Virus record (IMG/VR): IMGVR_UViG_3300001528_000120
Span: 1 to 48,306 of that record
Length of the DNA stretch: 48,306 nt
From: a virus
Direction: 5' to 3' (one strand)
Under the pieces are notes generated by a model. It saw nothing but the letters and a program-made list of their open reading frames with translations, was not told where the DNA came from and did not search any database. Below, in pieces: positions 32,002-40,955 of this stretch (positions within the stretch are counted from its first letter, which is position 1; every line of letters begins with the position of its first letter). The translations under genes were made by a program, and so were the position numbers.

Positions 32002-32799
32002 TTACTTCGGAATAATCAATTTGGTGTTTGGGTAAATCCAGTGACCATTACCAGATGATTTTCGACCACGTTTCTTAGCGGCGTTCTCGATAGTACTCTT
32101 GTTGGCATTGTATATCTTGGTATACAAAGAGTATTTTCCGTAGAACTTTTTACTGATAGTTTGCAACGTATCACCCTTTTTGACCGTGTAATAGGTCGTT
32201 TTGGTGGTAGTGGTTGGCGTTTTCGTGGTGGTACTCGTTGGTTTGTTTACCACAGTACCGTTGGAAGTGATTGACTTTCTTGTGGAAGAATACGACTTGT
32301 ACTGCTTCAAAGAGATGTCAACCAAAATATCATCACCGTTGTCGGAATCTTCTTTGATGGTATATTCCTCCAACGTAACCATCATGGACGTGGTTTCAAA
32401 GTGACCGATACCACCACCGGACAATCGGTGAAGTCTGGTTACGTGGAAACTGAAAGCCATTTTATTGGTTTTCAGCGTTTCCAAAACACCAAGATAATAG
32501 TCAACCGCGTACAGTTTGCTTGTACACACATACGGTTGCTTCCTACGAGGGAATCTGGCTGTAAACGAAAGCTCGGTTAGACCAGCTTTCTTCGGCAGGT
32601 TGATTTCACCCTCGTTAATCAGCGTGACGGTCTCGTTTTTGTTTTGGATGCTGATCTCCAACGATTCCGGTGTAACCGGAAACGTCAGAGTATCAGTCAG
32701 CGTTGTTTTACCAAAATAGAAGATGTAGGCGTTGCCACTTGAGACCTGTTTTAAGGTTGGCGAATAATAAAAGTAGCCATTTGGTAATGATAATGCCAT
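32002..32799 (-). CDS. XkdP-like tail protein with C-terminal LysM domain
   Basis: AGGAGG before the ATG at 32799 (MALSLPNGYFYY). C-terminal YYTVKKGDTLQTISKKFYGKYSLYTKIYNAN...IPK. Confidence 0.75.
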   Translation of the reverse strand: MALSLPNGYFYYSPTLKQVSSGNAYIFYFGKTTLTDTLTFPVTPESLEISIQNKNETVTLINEGEINLPKKAGLTELSFTARFPRRKQPYVCTSKLYAVDYYLGVLETLKTNKMAFSFHVTRLHRLSGGGIGHFETTSMMVTLEEYTIKEDSDNGDDILVDISLKQYKSYSSTRKSITSNGTVVNKPTSTTTKTPTTTTKTTYYTVKKGDTLQTISKKFYGKYSLYTKIYNANKSTIENAAKKRGRKSSGNGHWIYPNTKLIIPK

Positions 32800-32809
32800 A
32801 CAAACCTCC

Positions 32810-35050
32810 TTAGTAATGAACGCCTGCTGCCACAACACCAAGCTCCTCACGGAGTCTGCTGGACAGCGTACCAATGATACCATCAATATCTTGGTCGTTG
32901 TTGATAGCGTTGTTATTGACCATCTCGACTTTGATTTCAGCGGTCGTGAAGCGGTTAATCGCATCACGCTCTGCCAACGTAATCATGTAGTCGAAGTTAT
33001 CGTCAATGTTGTCCATCTTTTTGTCGATGTTTTTGGTGTTGTCGGCAATGTCTTTCAGCTTCGAGCCGGTGCTACCAGAGCCACCCGAACCACCTGTGCC
33101 ACCTGTACCGCCGTTACCAGCTGCCGCAGGGGACGCACCAATGTTGGAATAGTCATCTGGGTTGATAGCTGCTGTCGGCAGCTCACCAACCTTGGTTACA
33201 CCAGAAGTGGTTTTGTCTTTGATTTTATCAACCAGACCAGCCACCTTTTTCTTGAGCGAGCCAGTCTTATCATTGACCCAGTTATTTGCGCCCATGAATG
33301 TACCTGAGTAGGAAGTGTGCTTGAGTTCTGGAAGGTTGAACTTGTGCATTACCTCCTGATAACTACCGTTACCATACTTTTTGGCAACAATGTTAACCGA
33401 ACTGGATAAACCTTTTCGCCAACCTTCTACAGTACTAGCAAGGTTAGAACCAAACACCGCGTCAATCGCCTGTGCAAGTGCTTGGAGCATACTCAGACAA
33501 TTGTCAACCATGTCACCAAACAAATGTACGATTGACGCGATTGGGTCGTTAAACACGTTACCAAAGAAGTTGGCAAACTGCGCAACGTAATTCCAAAGTA
33601 CGCCAAAACCACCCATGATTACCGACAGGGCAGATTTGATTACATTCCAAACAAACGCAACCGCCGTGGCGATGATACCAACCACCGTGCCGATAATGCT
33701 AACGTGTTCACCAGATGCCTTGGCGTGAGCATCAGCCAATGCCCAAATCAAACCGACCACCAATATAATGGCTGTGACTACGAGTACAAACGCATTAGCC
33801 TGTGCCAAAGCAGAAATCCACGCGACAGCAGCAAGAATCAAGTACCAAGCGCACAACAGCACGATTTTAACGACAAACCATGCTACCTGTACACCCACTG
33901 ACAGAAATGCCCAGATGCCCTTCAATGCCCAGATGACCATGGACGCTACGATCAAGCTGATAAAGAATACGATGATGCCGCTGGCAATCTGCCAATGCTG
34001 GGCACAGAAGTCAATGCCCATTTGCACTATGTTGAGTACCACAATAATCGCGTTGGCAGCGTACTGCAAAGCAATCGTGGCGTGGGATGCGATTTGCCGG
34101 AAAGAGTCACTGTTAAGGATGTCGTTCAATTTCTGGGATACCGGCTCGAACGCCTTGATAGCATCGTTTTTGAACATAGTCCACATCTGACCAAACGTCA
34201 GTCTGGTTTTGGCAAATCGTTTGTCGATCTCATCACCAGCGTTCAAGATAGCCGCTACTACCAAATCAGATGTGATCTCGCCGTCAGACGCAAGGTCTTT
34301 CAACGATGCGTCTGTATTCAGTACGCCCTGTGCGTATTTCTCGATTGCCTGATAAGCAGCTGTCGCACCTTCTCGTACAGACCGCAACTCATCGCCCTGT
34401 AATACGCCAGAGGACAACGCCTGAATCATCTGATACATGGACGATGCCTGCTCTGCCTGAGATGCACCGGAAACGGCATACGCCTTACCCATGATCTCTT
34501 GGAAGCGAATCGCATTGTCAATGTTGTTCTTAAACGCACCACTTGCCAACGACATTGATTTACCAACGTTGGACATCATGTCGGTGTAACCGGTTCGGGC
34601 ACGCTGGGAAGCAGTGTAGATTTTATCCAACGACTGTTGAGTCTCTTTTGAGTTCCAACCAGTGCCGTTCGCGTCACCAATACGGTTTTTGGCAGATACG
34701 ATGGTATCGGACGTGGAAATCGCCGCTTTCGCACCCATAACACCAAGATAGGTGGCGGCAAGTCTCGCTACGGTTTGCGTCAACGCATTGGTGTTGCGGT
34801 TGAGCGATGTTACCGTGCGAGACATGTTAACGAACTGTGAACTCAGCGGCTTCATACTCAAGCTGCTAAGTTTACCGCCAGAGCGCACCACTTTGTCAAC
34901 GTCCCTAGCCATGCTGGAAAAGGTTCGGGACGCGCTCGTGCCCATCCGAGAAAACGCAGAGGTTTGCTTGACGGTGTTCCGATGCATTTTGGACAAAGCT
35001 GGGCTAACCTTGTCCCTGACCGTGATAGTCACAGTAATGTTATTTGCCAT
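32810..35050 (-). CDS. Tail tape measure protein
   Basis: 746 aa with helical N-terminus, central multi-TM block and Gly-rich stretch GNGGTGGTGGSGGSGSTG. Position after the chaperone pair. Confidence 0.85.
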   Translation of the reverse strand: MANNITVTITVRDKVSPALSKMHRNTVKQTSAFSRMGTSASRTFSSMARDVDKVVRSGGKLSSLSMKPLSSQFVNMSRTVTSLNRNTNALTQTVARLAATYLGVMGAKAAISTSDTIVSAKNRIGDANGTGWNSKETQQSLDKIYTASQRARTGYTDMMSNVGKSMSLASGAFKNNIDNAIRFQEIMGKAYAVSGASQAEQASSMYQMIQALSSGVLQGDELRSVREGATAAYQAIEKYAQGVLNTDASLKDLASDGEITSDLVVAAILNAGDEIDKRFAKTRLTFGQMWTMFKNDAIKAFEPVSQKLNDILNSDSFRQIASHATIALQYAANAIIVVLNIVQMGIDFCAQHWQIASGIIVFFISLIVASMVIWALKGIWAFLSVGVQVAWFVVKIVLLCAWYLILAAVAWISALAQANAFVLVVTAIILVVGLIWALADAHAKASGEHVSIIGTVVGIIATAVAFVWNVIKSALSVIMGGFGVLWNYVAQFANFFGNVFNDPIASIVHLFGDMVDNCLSMLQALAQAIDAVFGSNLASTVEGWRKGLSSSVNIVAKKYGNGSYQEVMHKFNLPELKHTSYSGTFMGANNWVNDKTGSLKKKVAGLVDKIKDKTTSGVTKVGELPTAAINPDDYSNIGASPAAAGNGGTGGTGGSGGSGSTGSKLKDIADNTKNIDKKMDNIDDNFDYMITLAERDAINRFTTAEIKVEMVNNNAINNDQDIDGIIGTLSSRLREELGVVAAGVHY

Positions 35051-35052
35051 GT

Positions 35053-35666
35053 TTACCTCCTGCGCATCGAATTGACTTTCTTTTGTTCGCGCTCTTCATG
35101 CTCCTGTTTAAGCTGGATGGACGCGATGACAAAAGCCTGCTCACGGCGAGGAAGGCTGAGGAAAACATCGGGAGTCCAATGGAACTTGTGAAGGCAATAA
35201 TGAGTCACTACGGACTCAGTATCGCCTTCCTCAATTAGTTTTTTGCGGTCTCGACTTCCTCCTCAAAATCCATGTCGTAACCGTTGATAGCCATTACTGC
35301 CTGCGACAGAGTATCCTGCTCACCAGACAGCAGCATCTTACCAAGCAGTTCTTCCGGTGTACGAACTTCCCAAGAATCCTGTAACTCTGCGTCCAGCAGG
35401 TTCGGGAATACCACACATGCCGCGCACAGCTTCATTTCAAACTTGGCAGCATCGAACTCCTCCTGCGGCACACCCTTCTTGGTGCGCTTAACAGTTGTAC
35501 ACTCTCTGCGGAGAGCTTTGATTTCCTTACTGGAAATCGCCTTGATCTCCCAAGAGATCGGGTTGCCGTCAGCGTCCTTTGCGCGGTCGGTGACTACCAC
35601 AAACTCGTTGGCAGTCTGCTCCATTTCGGTTGCGAAAAAAGCACTCAGATTGGTTACGTTAGCCAT
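35053..35666 (-). CDS. Tail assembly chaperone, -1 frameshift-extended isoform (G-T analogue)
   Basis: Slippery A_AAA_AAC at 35238-35244 directly before the TAA. The -1 frame stays open for 61 codons (LIEEGDTESVVTHYCLHKFHWTPD...) and ends 2 nt before the tape-measure ATG. Confidence 0.65.
35235..35666 (-). CDS. XkdN-like tail assembly chaperone (zero-frame product)
   Basis: 143 aa. VVVTDRAKDADGNPISWEIKAISSKEIKALRRECT. Lies between the tube and tape-measure genes. Confidence 0.7.
   Translation of the reverse strand: MANVTNLSAFFATEMEQTANEFVVVTDRAKDADGNPISWEIKAISSKEIKALRRECTTVKRTKKGVPQEEFDAAKFEMKLCAACVVFPNLLDAELQDSWEVRTPEELLGKMLLSGEQDTLSQAVMAINGYDMDFEEEVETAKN
35238..35244 (-). promoter_or_regulatory. 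Programmed -1 ribosomal frameshift heptamer A_AAA_AAC
   Basis: Minus strand reads GCA AAA AAC TAA. Slipping back one nt reads CTA ATT GAG GAA..., which is open down to 35053. Confidence 0.65.
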
Positions 35667-35698
35667 AGATTATTTCCTCCCAAAAAATCAATTCAAAG

Positions 35699-36172
35699 TT
35701 ATCTTACGCCGTTCATGGTCTTGAACTTCTTCGGCATGTAGAAGCTCTCTGCCGTGAAGTCCATGTCCTCGGTCAGTACGTCATCAGAGTCCGCATCCAG
35801 CTTTGCCAGCGTCACACTGTCAAAGTTGCATCCGTACAAGATGATGGTCTGTCTACCAACATCAGAGGTTTTATCCTCGTTGGTAATCTCCATGTCAAAA
35901 TACAAGTCCTCGCCACTCTGCTGGTACTTGTACGCCAGCTCACGCCAAATCGACATATTGAAATAGAACTCAGCCGAACCAGTAATGTTGGACGAAGTAG
36001 ACTTGTGCGCCTTGTTCTGCCGACCAAGAATACCAAAATCGGTTTTATTCTTCTCAAACTTCACGTCAATGTTCTTGCACGACATGAGGTTGTATCGGTT
36101 GCCGTCAACAATCGCATAGCATTCGCCAGCGTTGGCTTTCAAGCCGTTTTTGGCAAGCATTGTCTGTGCCAT
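35699..36172 (-). CDS. Tail tube protein (XkdM-like)
   Basis: 157 aa with AAGGAGG ribosome-binding site. Directly downstream of the sheath gene. Confidence 0.7.
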   Translation of the reverse strand: MAQTMLAKNGLKANAGECYAIVDGNRYNLMSCKNIDVKFEKNKTDFGILGRQNKAHKSTSSNITGSAEFYFNMSIWRELAYKYQQSGEDLYFDMEITNEDKTSDVGRQTIILYGCNFDSVTLAKLDADSDDVLTEDMDFTAESFYMPKKFKTMNGVR

Positions 36173-36184
36173 ATGCTATCCTCC

Positions 36185-37246
36185 TTACTCCACGTAAACG
36201 GTCATGTACAGCTGAGAGATCGCGTTGACTGGTTTGATAGAGTCAGTTACCACGATGCTACGCTTGGAATCGCCCTGCTCTACCTGTACGGAATCAGGCT
36301 CGAAACCTTCAATCGCTCTCAGCGTTTCCAAAGACTGATGATGTGCTACAACACGACCCGCGAACGAGGTTCGACCGGACTCATCGTTCGGTACTTTACC
36401 AAGATACTCCGTGTTGAACATCTTGGCGATGTCAGTGGCAATCTGGTCAATGACACGGATGGTCTGGTTGTAACGGAAGTCCTCGCCCTTATCAGCGGTC
36501 AGGGTGGTCAGAGTGTTCATATCCTCCAAAACACGGACATCGCCGTATACCAGATGCATGGCAAAGTCACCCTTGGTCAAGCATTCTTTCAGCTTTGCCT
36601 GAGTCAGACTTACATCGACAGCGTACTCTCCATCGTAAGTCATGTTGGTGCAGGATTCATAACACTGTGCACCTGCCAGTGCACCTGCGACCCACGCTAC
36701 CAAAGCGTGTGCATCTGCGCCCGCATCAGTAACCGTGTTTACCACGTTGACTACGCCCTCGTAGTCACAGTTCGCGGTGTTGTACACAACTGCCTGACAC
36801 TTCTTGCCGTAGTCATCACGCCAAGCCTTTACCTTGTCGCAATAGGCTTTGATGTCTGCTGCGGTTTTGGTGTACGCAGCGATAATCTGGAAATCATACG
36901 GTTCAAGGGCATCCAGCGCAGTGGTGGCTACGTTCTGCGTAAGTCCCTTTTCGTTAAACACGTAGATGGTATCAGCGTGACGAAAAATCTCACGGAACAC
37001 CTTCATGTTGTCGCTGGTATAGTCAACGGTTGCGCCAAGTTTGGTTTTAGCATCTGCGATAAAATCATCCTTGGTTACTTTGACTACCTTGCCCGCATCA
37101 TTAGTAGTCAGCGGGTAGGAGATAGCCACTGCGCCACGAGCACCAAGCTCGTTGGTAGTTACCTGATTGGTATTTACAAAGTTGAAATACGCGCCGGGCA
37201 ACTCTTTGTTCTGGGTGGTAAAAGTACCGCCACCAAGCATTCGCAA
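36185..37246 (-). CDS. Contractile tail sheath protein (XkdK-like)
   Basis: N-terminus (MR)MLGGGTFTTQNKELPGAYFNFV is the typical sheath start. An ATG at 37240 is an alternative to the TTG at 37246. Confidence 0.8.
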   Translation of the reverse strand: MRMLGGGTFTTQNKELPGAYFNFVNTNQVTTNELGARGAVAISYPLTTNDAGKVVKVTKDDFIADAKTKLGATVDYTSDNMKVFREIFRHADTIYVFNEKGLTQNVATTALDALEPYDFQIIAAYTKTAADIKAYCDKVKAWRDDYGKKCQAVVYNTANCDYEGVVNVVNTVTDAGADAHALVAWVAGALAGAQCYESCTNMTYDGEYAVDVSLTQAKLKECLTKGDFAMHLVYGDVRVLEDMNTLTTLTADKGEDFRYNQTIRVIDQIATDIAKMFNTEYLGKVPNDESGRTSFAGRVVAHHQSLETLRAIEGFEPDSVQVEQGDSKRSIVVTDSIKPVNAISQLYMTVYVE

Positions 37247-37258
37247 TCTTCCTTTCTG

Positions 37259-37687
37259 TTATTCAACGTTAATGTTGTTGACCATTTCTTCGATGGCTTC
37301 AGGCGTTTCTTTGACGGTCTGAGTCCAGAAGTCATAGGTCACAAATATTTGAAGGACGTTCTCGTCAATAACTTGGATTTCAAGGTCTGTACCTGAAACC
37401 TTAACGCCCTCTATCTCGATTACTTCAACAGCTTCCAACGCTCTCTCACCGATGTCGTAACACTCGTTTTTTGGGCGAACGGTACTTTTCGGAAAATAGT
37501 TGATGACAATTGGCATCACGCGATTATACGTTCGCCACATACCACCACGGCTCGTTGGTCGGAGCAGTGCCACCAAAAAACATGGGGTTGGAAGCCCTTG
37601 TTCGTTATTTTCCTTCAAATACGCATAGTCATCACCAAACGTATTGTGAAGGGCGGCGATCACCGCATTTATGGTTTTATTTACCAT
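37259..37687 (-). CDS. Putative tail completion / terminator protein
   Basis: 142 aa. Assigned by position between the HK97 gp10-like gene and the sheath gene only. Confidence 0.4.
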   Translation of the reverse strand: MVNKTINAVIAALHNTFGDDYAYLKENNEQGLPTPCFLVALLRPTSRGGMWRTYNRVMPIVINYFPKSTVRPKNECYDIGERALEAVEVIEIEGVKVSGTDLEIQVIDENVLQIFVTYDFWTQTVKETPEAIEEMVNNINVE

Positions 37688-38132
37688 TTACTAACCTCGT
37701 CAACCACTCCATGACATGTTTGGTCACGATTGGAGTAGCCTTTCCGTGATTAAAATTGGTTGCTGTTGATCTGACGAAAAATCGACCTTCTACCCAGCGG
37801 GTAGTTTTTCTGACGCTCTTTCGCAGCGGCGGGATAAACTGACCAGCGATTGCCCTGTGTCCGTTTTCCACCCACCAAGCATAGTAGGTGGAGTTTACCA
37901 AAACACACTCGTAGCCGTCTTTAATAGGAACGGCTATTATTTTCGGGTTGTCTACCTTCCAATTGTTTCGTAGGTATCCCGTCTTAAACGGGGTGCGCCA
38001 CAACAGTTCCAGTAAAACTTGGTTTGCCAAATCTTCCAACGCACGTCTTTCCATTGCCCGCAGTCGATCAACGGATGTGAGGTTGTTCATGAAGGTTTGG
38101 AACTGCGTGTAGTCAATTGTGAAGTCAGCCAT
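37677..38132 (-). CDS. HK97 gp10-like neck/tail component
   Basis: 151 aa. RTPFKTGYLRNNWKV resembles the gp10 family. TAATG overlap with the upstream gene. Confidence 0.55.
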   Translation of the reverse strand: MADFTIDYTQFQTFMNNLTSVDRLRAMERRALEDLANQVLLELLWRTPFKTGYLRNNWKVDNPKIIAVPIKDGYECVLVNSTYYAWWVENGHRAIAGQFIPPLRKSVRKTTRWVEGRFFVRSTATNFNHGKATPIVTKHVMEWLTRLVNGK

Positions 38133-38491
38133 TACGCATATTCCTCGTACTTCTCAAGAGGTATCTCTTGGTGCGAGTTATACCAAGCTGGGACACCGGA
38201 GCGTTTATACTTCTCAGTGCGTCCTTCACGAGTGACCGTGATGACGCTGCCTTCATTTACCACAACATCTGGGGCGGTGAACATCTTAATCGTTTGGGAC
38301 ACGTTGCCCACCTGATTGTTGATGCCCACTGTTACCAACGAACTGAAAGAGATTCGGCAAGGCAGGTCGGTTACAACGTCTACCACGCTTGGAATTGACT
38401 CATGGGTGATCGGGTCAACCGTCTTTCGATACTCAGAGATCGTGGCACGGTCTGTCCACATCGTTTCGAGAGCAGTTCTCACGTTTACCAT
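38132..38491 (-). CDS. Head closure / head-tail adaptor protein
   Basis: 119 aa. Pattern DRATISEYRKTVDPITHE...LPCRISF and position. Confidence 0.5.
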   Translation of the reverse strand: MVNVRTALETMWTDRATISEYRKTVDPITHESIPSVVDVVTDLPCRISFSSLVTVGINNQVGNVSQTIKMFTAPDVVVNEGSVITVTREGRTEKYKRSGVPAWYNSHQEIPLEKYEEYA

Positions 38492-38886
38492 CGCATCACC
38501 CGATATTTACAAATCCATTTGTCGTATCCCTTCTGCATGTAATCAACCGCCCTGTCAAATCGACTCTCGTTAGTGCTTCCGTCCTGACCAACTGCAAAGG
38601 TAACTTTGGTGTCACCCTGTTCGATGGACTTTGTAGCCAGCGAGTAATCAAAGTCGGTGAGCTGACCAGTGTTCTTTTTATAGAAAAGAAACTCTGAGCA
38701 TACTCGGTCAATGACTCGCAGTGCCAAAACATCAGGGAGCTGTGATACACTTGCCAAGTTACAATAGTTGACGGTATAGGCAATCAGCTTGTCCAGTTCA
38801 AACTGGACGGTCGTTTTATCGTCCTCGGAGACCTCATAACCAAACTGTTTCAGTCTGGCAATGCAATCGTCCAACGTTACAGTCAT
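38485..38886 (-). CDS. gp6-like head-tail connector protein
   Basis: 133 aa with AGGAGG ribosome-binding site. N-terminal TLDDCIARLKQFGYEV...DKLIAYTVNYCNL. Confidence 0.55.
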   Translation of the reverse strand: MTVTLDDCIARLKQFGYEVSEDDKTTVQFELDKLIAYTVNYCNLASVSQLPDVLALRVIDRVCSEFLFYKKNTGQLTDFDYSLATKSIEQGDTKVTFAVGQDGSTNESRFDRAVDYMQKGYDKWICKYRVMRW

Positions 38887-38914
38887 GGTTGCTTAGTCCT
38901 CCTGTTTGGGATTA

Positions 38915-38940
38915 GGTGAGAGCGGTTGCCCGCCCTCACC
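38915..38940. other. GC-rich stem-loop after the capsid and 96-aa genes
   Basis: GGTGAGaGCGG-ttgc-CCGCcCTCACC. No U-run, so possibly an mRNA-stability or attenuator hairpin. Confidence 0.45.
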
Positions 38941-38946
38941 GTTCAA

Positions 38947-39237
38947 TCAAGTACCAGAAATATCCTTCTTGGTCGGCATGTTCGCATCGGACGCTGCGTC
39001 CTGCATGAGAGTGCCGTACCGGATAGTGTTGTGGTCAACATAGTGCGCATCAGCATTGTTGGTAGCTTCTGTGGACAGACCGTCCTGCATCGGCTTACCC
39101 TTGTGCTGACCACAGTAGTGACCATTGACCGACAGGGTTTCTCCTGCTACAGAAGCAGGAGTAGTCCAAGTCTGATCTTCATAGATGACCGCATTGCGAT
39201 CACCAAAATATACCGGAGTTTTCGGGGTATCTGCCAA
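38947..39237 (-). CDS. Hypothetical head-associated protein (decoration candidate, by position)
   Basis: TTG start 9 nt after AGGAGG. 96 aa, immediately after the major capsid gene. Confidence 0.5.
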   Translation of the reverse strand: MADTPKTPVYFGDRNAVIYEDQTWTTPASVAGETLSVNGHYCGQHKGKPMQDGLSTEATNNADAHYVDHNTIRYGTLMQDAASDANMPTKKDISGT

Positions 39238-39253
39238 AATGAATTACCTCCTA

Positions 39254-40216
39254 TCAGGCTACCTTGATCTTACGGAACACGCCCGCAGCCTTGGTAGATT
39301 TCAGAGCGACAGCGGCAACCATCTCGACTTCACCCTTCTTAACTGCACCAGCAGTGGAGAAGTCCGGCAGCCAAGTCTTAATCGGCGGTTGACCTGCCAT
39401 AGACACAGCGTGGAAACCGTCCATGCCAAAACGTACCACGTACAGAGAAGAACCGTTGGTGGTGTCGTTCTTTACAACAGGGTCGTTGGAGTCCATCTTC
39501 TCACCAAGGTCAACCAGCGGAATACCGTTGTAGGTGGAAGTGTAACGACCAAACTCATCCTTGGTCTCCTGATAACGACCGAGGTACTTAGCCATGTACT
39601 CAAGTGCGGCAATCATGTCGGAGTTGCCCATCAGTGCAGACGGTCTGCCGTCCAGAGTGCGCAGCTTTTTATTCAGCATCAGCATAAATGCCGGAGCGTT
39701 TTCCTCAATCTTAGCCGCAGTGGACAGGTCGATTACTGCGCTGCCAGAGCCAGTGTTCCACTCAGTAGCAGAACCCTTGAGGGCTACATCCAGACCATCG
39801 AATGCGTTGGCGTTCGCAGAGGAATCGCCATTGATAACGGTGTCGTTAAACAGACGGGAAGCAGCCTTTACCTTCTGAGAGGACTGGAGTGCCACCTCGT
39901 CCGCGATACCGCCCATACCAGCGATGATACGGTCAATCTCGTATGCACCACCAAACACTTTCAGATCAGCGGTGTATCGCTGCTTCTTAACCTCTGCCGG
40001 AGTGTACTCGCTGTTAACAGCACGGAAAGCCGCAGTCGGCGGGGTAATCAGTCTGGTGTACGCATAGGTCAGAGTTGCGCCACCGCCTGTCGGGGATACA
40101 ACATCTGCAAAAGTCAGATTGTCCAGCAGGAAGTTGGACTTTCGGAACTCATCAATAATGCCCGCCTGTAAATCGTCCTGTACGTTCAGACGTGCCTGTG
40201 CCAGTGTTACTGCCAT
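39254..40216 (-). CDS. Major capsid protein
   Basis: 320 aa with AAGGAG ribosome-binding site. Follows the scaffold gene. N-terminus AVTLAQARLNVQDDLQAGIIDEFRKSNFLLDNLTF is typical of capsid proteins. Confidence 0.75.
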   Translation of the reverse strand: MAVTLAQARLNVQDDLQAGIIDEFRKSNFLLDNLTFADVVSPTGGGATLTYAYTRLITPPTAAFRAVNSEYTPAEVKKQRYTADLKVFGGAYEIDRIIAGMGGIADEVALQSSQKVKAASRLFNDTVINGDSSANANAFDGLDVALKGSATEWNTGSGSAVIDLSTAAKIEENAPAFMLMLNKKLRTLDGRPSALMGNSDMIAALEYMAKYLGRYQETKDEFGRYTSTYNGIPLVDLGEKMDSNDPVVKNDTTNGSSLYVVRFGMDGFHAVSMAGQPPIKTWLPDFSTAGAVKKGEVEMVAAVALKSTKAAGVFRKIKVA

Positions 40217-40230
40217 TTAATTAGTCTCCT

Positions 40231-40806
40231 TTACTTGTTCAGTTTAGCCGCGATTGCTTCTGCCAGTGTTTTTGGGGTGGTGGGAGAAGTCGGGTTTCCA
40301 CCGCCGGATGCCGGAGTGATACCACGCATACCGTTGGAGGTGAACACGCGCTTGTAATCATCGGTTTCAGCCAGTGCTGTCAGCTGTTCATCAAGTCCGG
40401 TAAGTTTACCGTCCTCGCTGATGTCCAACTTGTCCATGTCGATGAGAGCACGCGCCAGCTTCACGCTGGAAGCACCCTTTTCGCGCAGATACTCGTCAGC
40501 CAAGTATCCCAGTTTAACACCCTTAATATCGGAGTCGTATTTGGTCTTGGCGGTTGCAGCGTCCGCTTTCAGCGTTTCAATCTGCTTGGTCAGGTCTTCG
40601 ATAGTTGCATCGCTACCTTCCAGCTTTTTCAGACCAGCGATGGTCTTGTCACGCTCTGCCAAATCATTGGTCAGGGTCGTAACCTTCGTTTCCAGCGTGC
40701 TTGCCTTGCCCTGTTCGCGGGCAATGTCTTTACCGTTCTCAGCCATAATCTGATTGATGACGGTCTGATCTTCAATACCAAGGCTTTTCAAAAATTCAGA
40801 TTTCAT
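40231..40806 (-). CDS. Scaffolding protein (GP20-like)
   Basis: GGAGGAG before the ATG at 40806. Coiled-coil and acidic sequence (MKSEFLKSLGIEDQTVINQIMAENGKDIA...). Confidence 0.7.
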   Translation of the reverse strand: MKSEFLKSLGIEDQTVINQIMAENGKDIAREQGKASTLETKVTTLTNDLAERDKTIAGLKKLEGSDATIEDLTKQIETLKADAATAKTKYDSDIKGVKLGYLADEYLREKGASSVKLARALIDMDKLDISEDGKLTGLDEQLTALAETDDYKRVFTSNGMRGITPASGGGNPTSPTTPKTLAEAIAAKLNK

Positions 40807-40900
40807 AAAATACTCCTCCACTCTGCTAGGCTTTTTAGGTCGTTGCCATGACCTACAGTCGGCATTCTTTAGGTCTTGCCGATAGACCAGATAGTTTCAA

Positions 40901-40930
40901 GGCGTGGGACGAGGGAGGAAATCCCACGCC
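40901..40930. other. 9-bp GC-rich stem-loop between the head-morphogenesis and scaffold genes
   Basis: GGCGTGGGA-cgagggaggaaa-TCCCACGCC. Next to a TAGGTC/GACCTA/TAGGTC triple at 40836, 40850 and 40870. Confidence 0.5.
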
Positions 40931-40955
40931 CCATATATGATTACCAAAACATTGG

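Noticed and set aside
32800-32967. 56-codon N-terminal extension of the LysM protein ORF (start at 32967)
   Set aside because: It overlaps the tape-measure 3' end by 158 nt and lacks a ribosome-binding site. The ATG at 32799 has a perfect AGGAGG and follows the tape-measure stop.
36005-37396. 463-aa plus-strand ORF
   Set aside because: It is antisense to the tail sheath gene and has no ribosome-binding site, so it is a shadow ORF. The same reasoning applies to 39185-40171 (antisense to the capsid gene), 15878-16645, 11338-12054, 23719-24402, 24033-24851 and 43319-43942.
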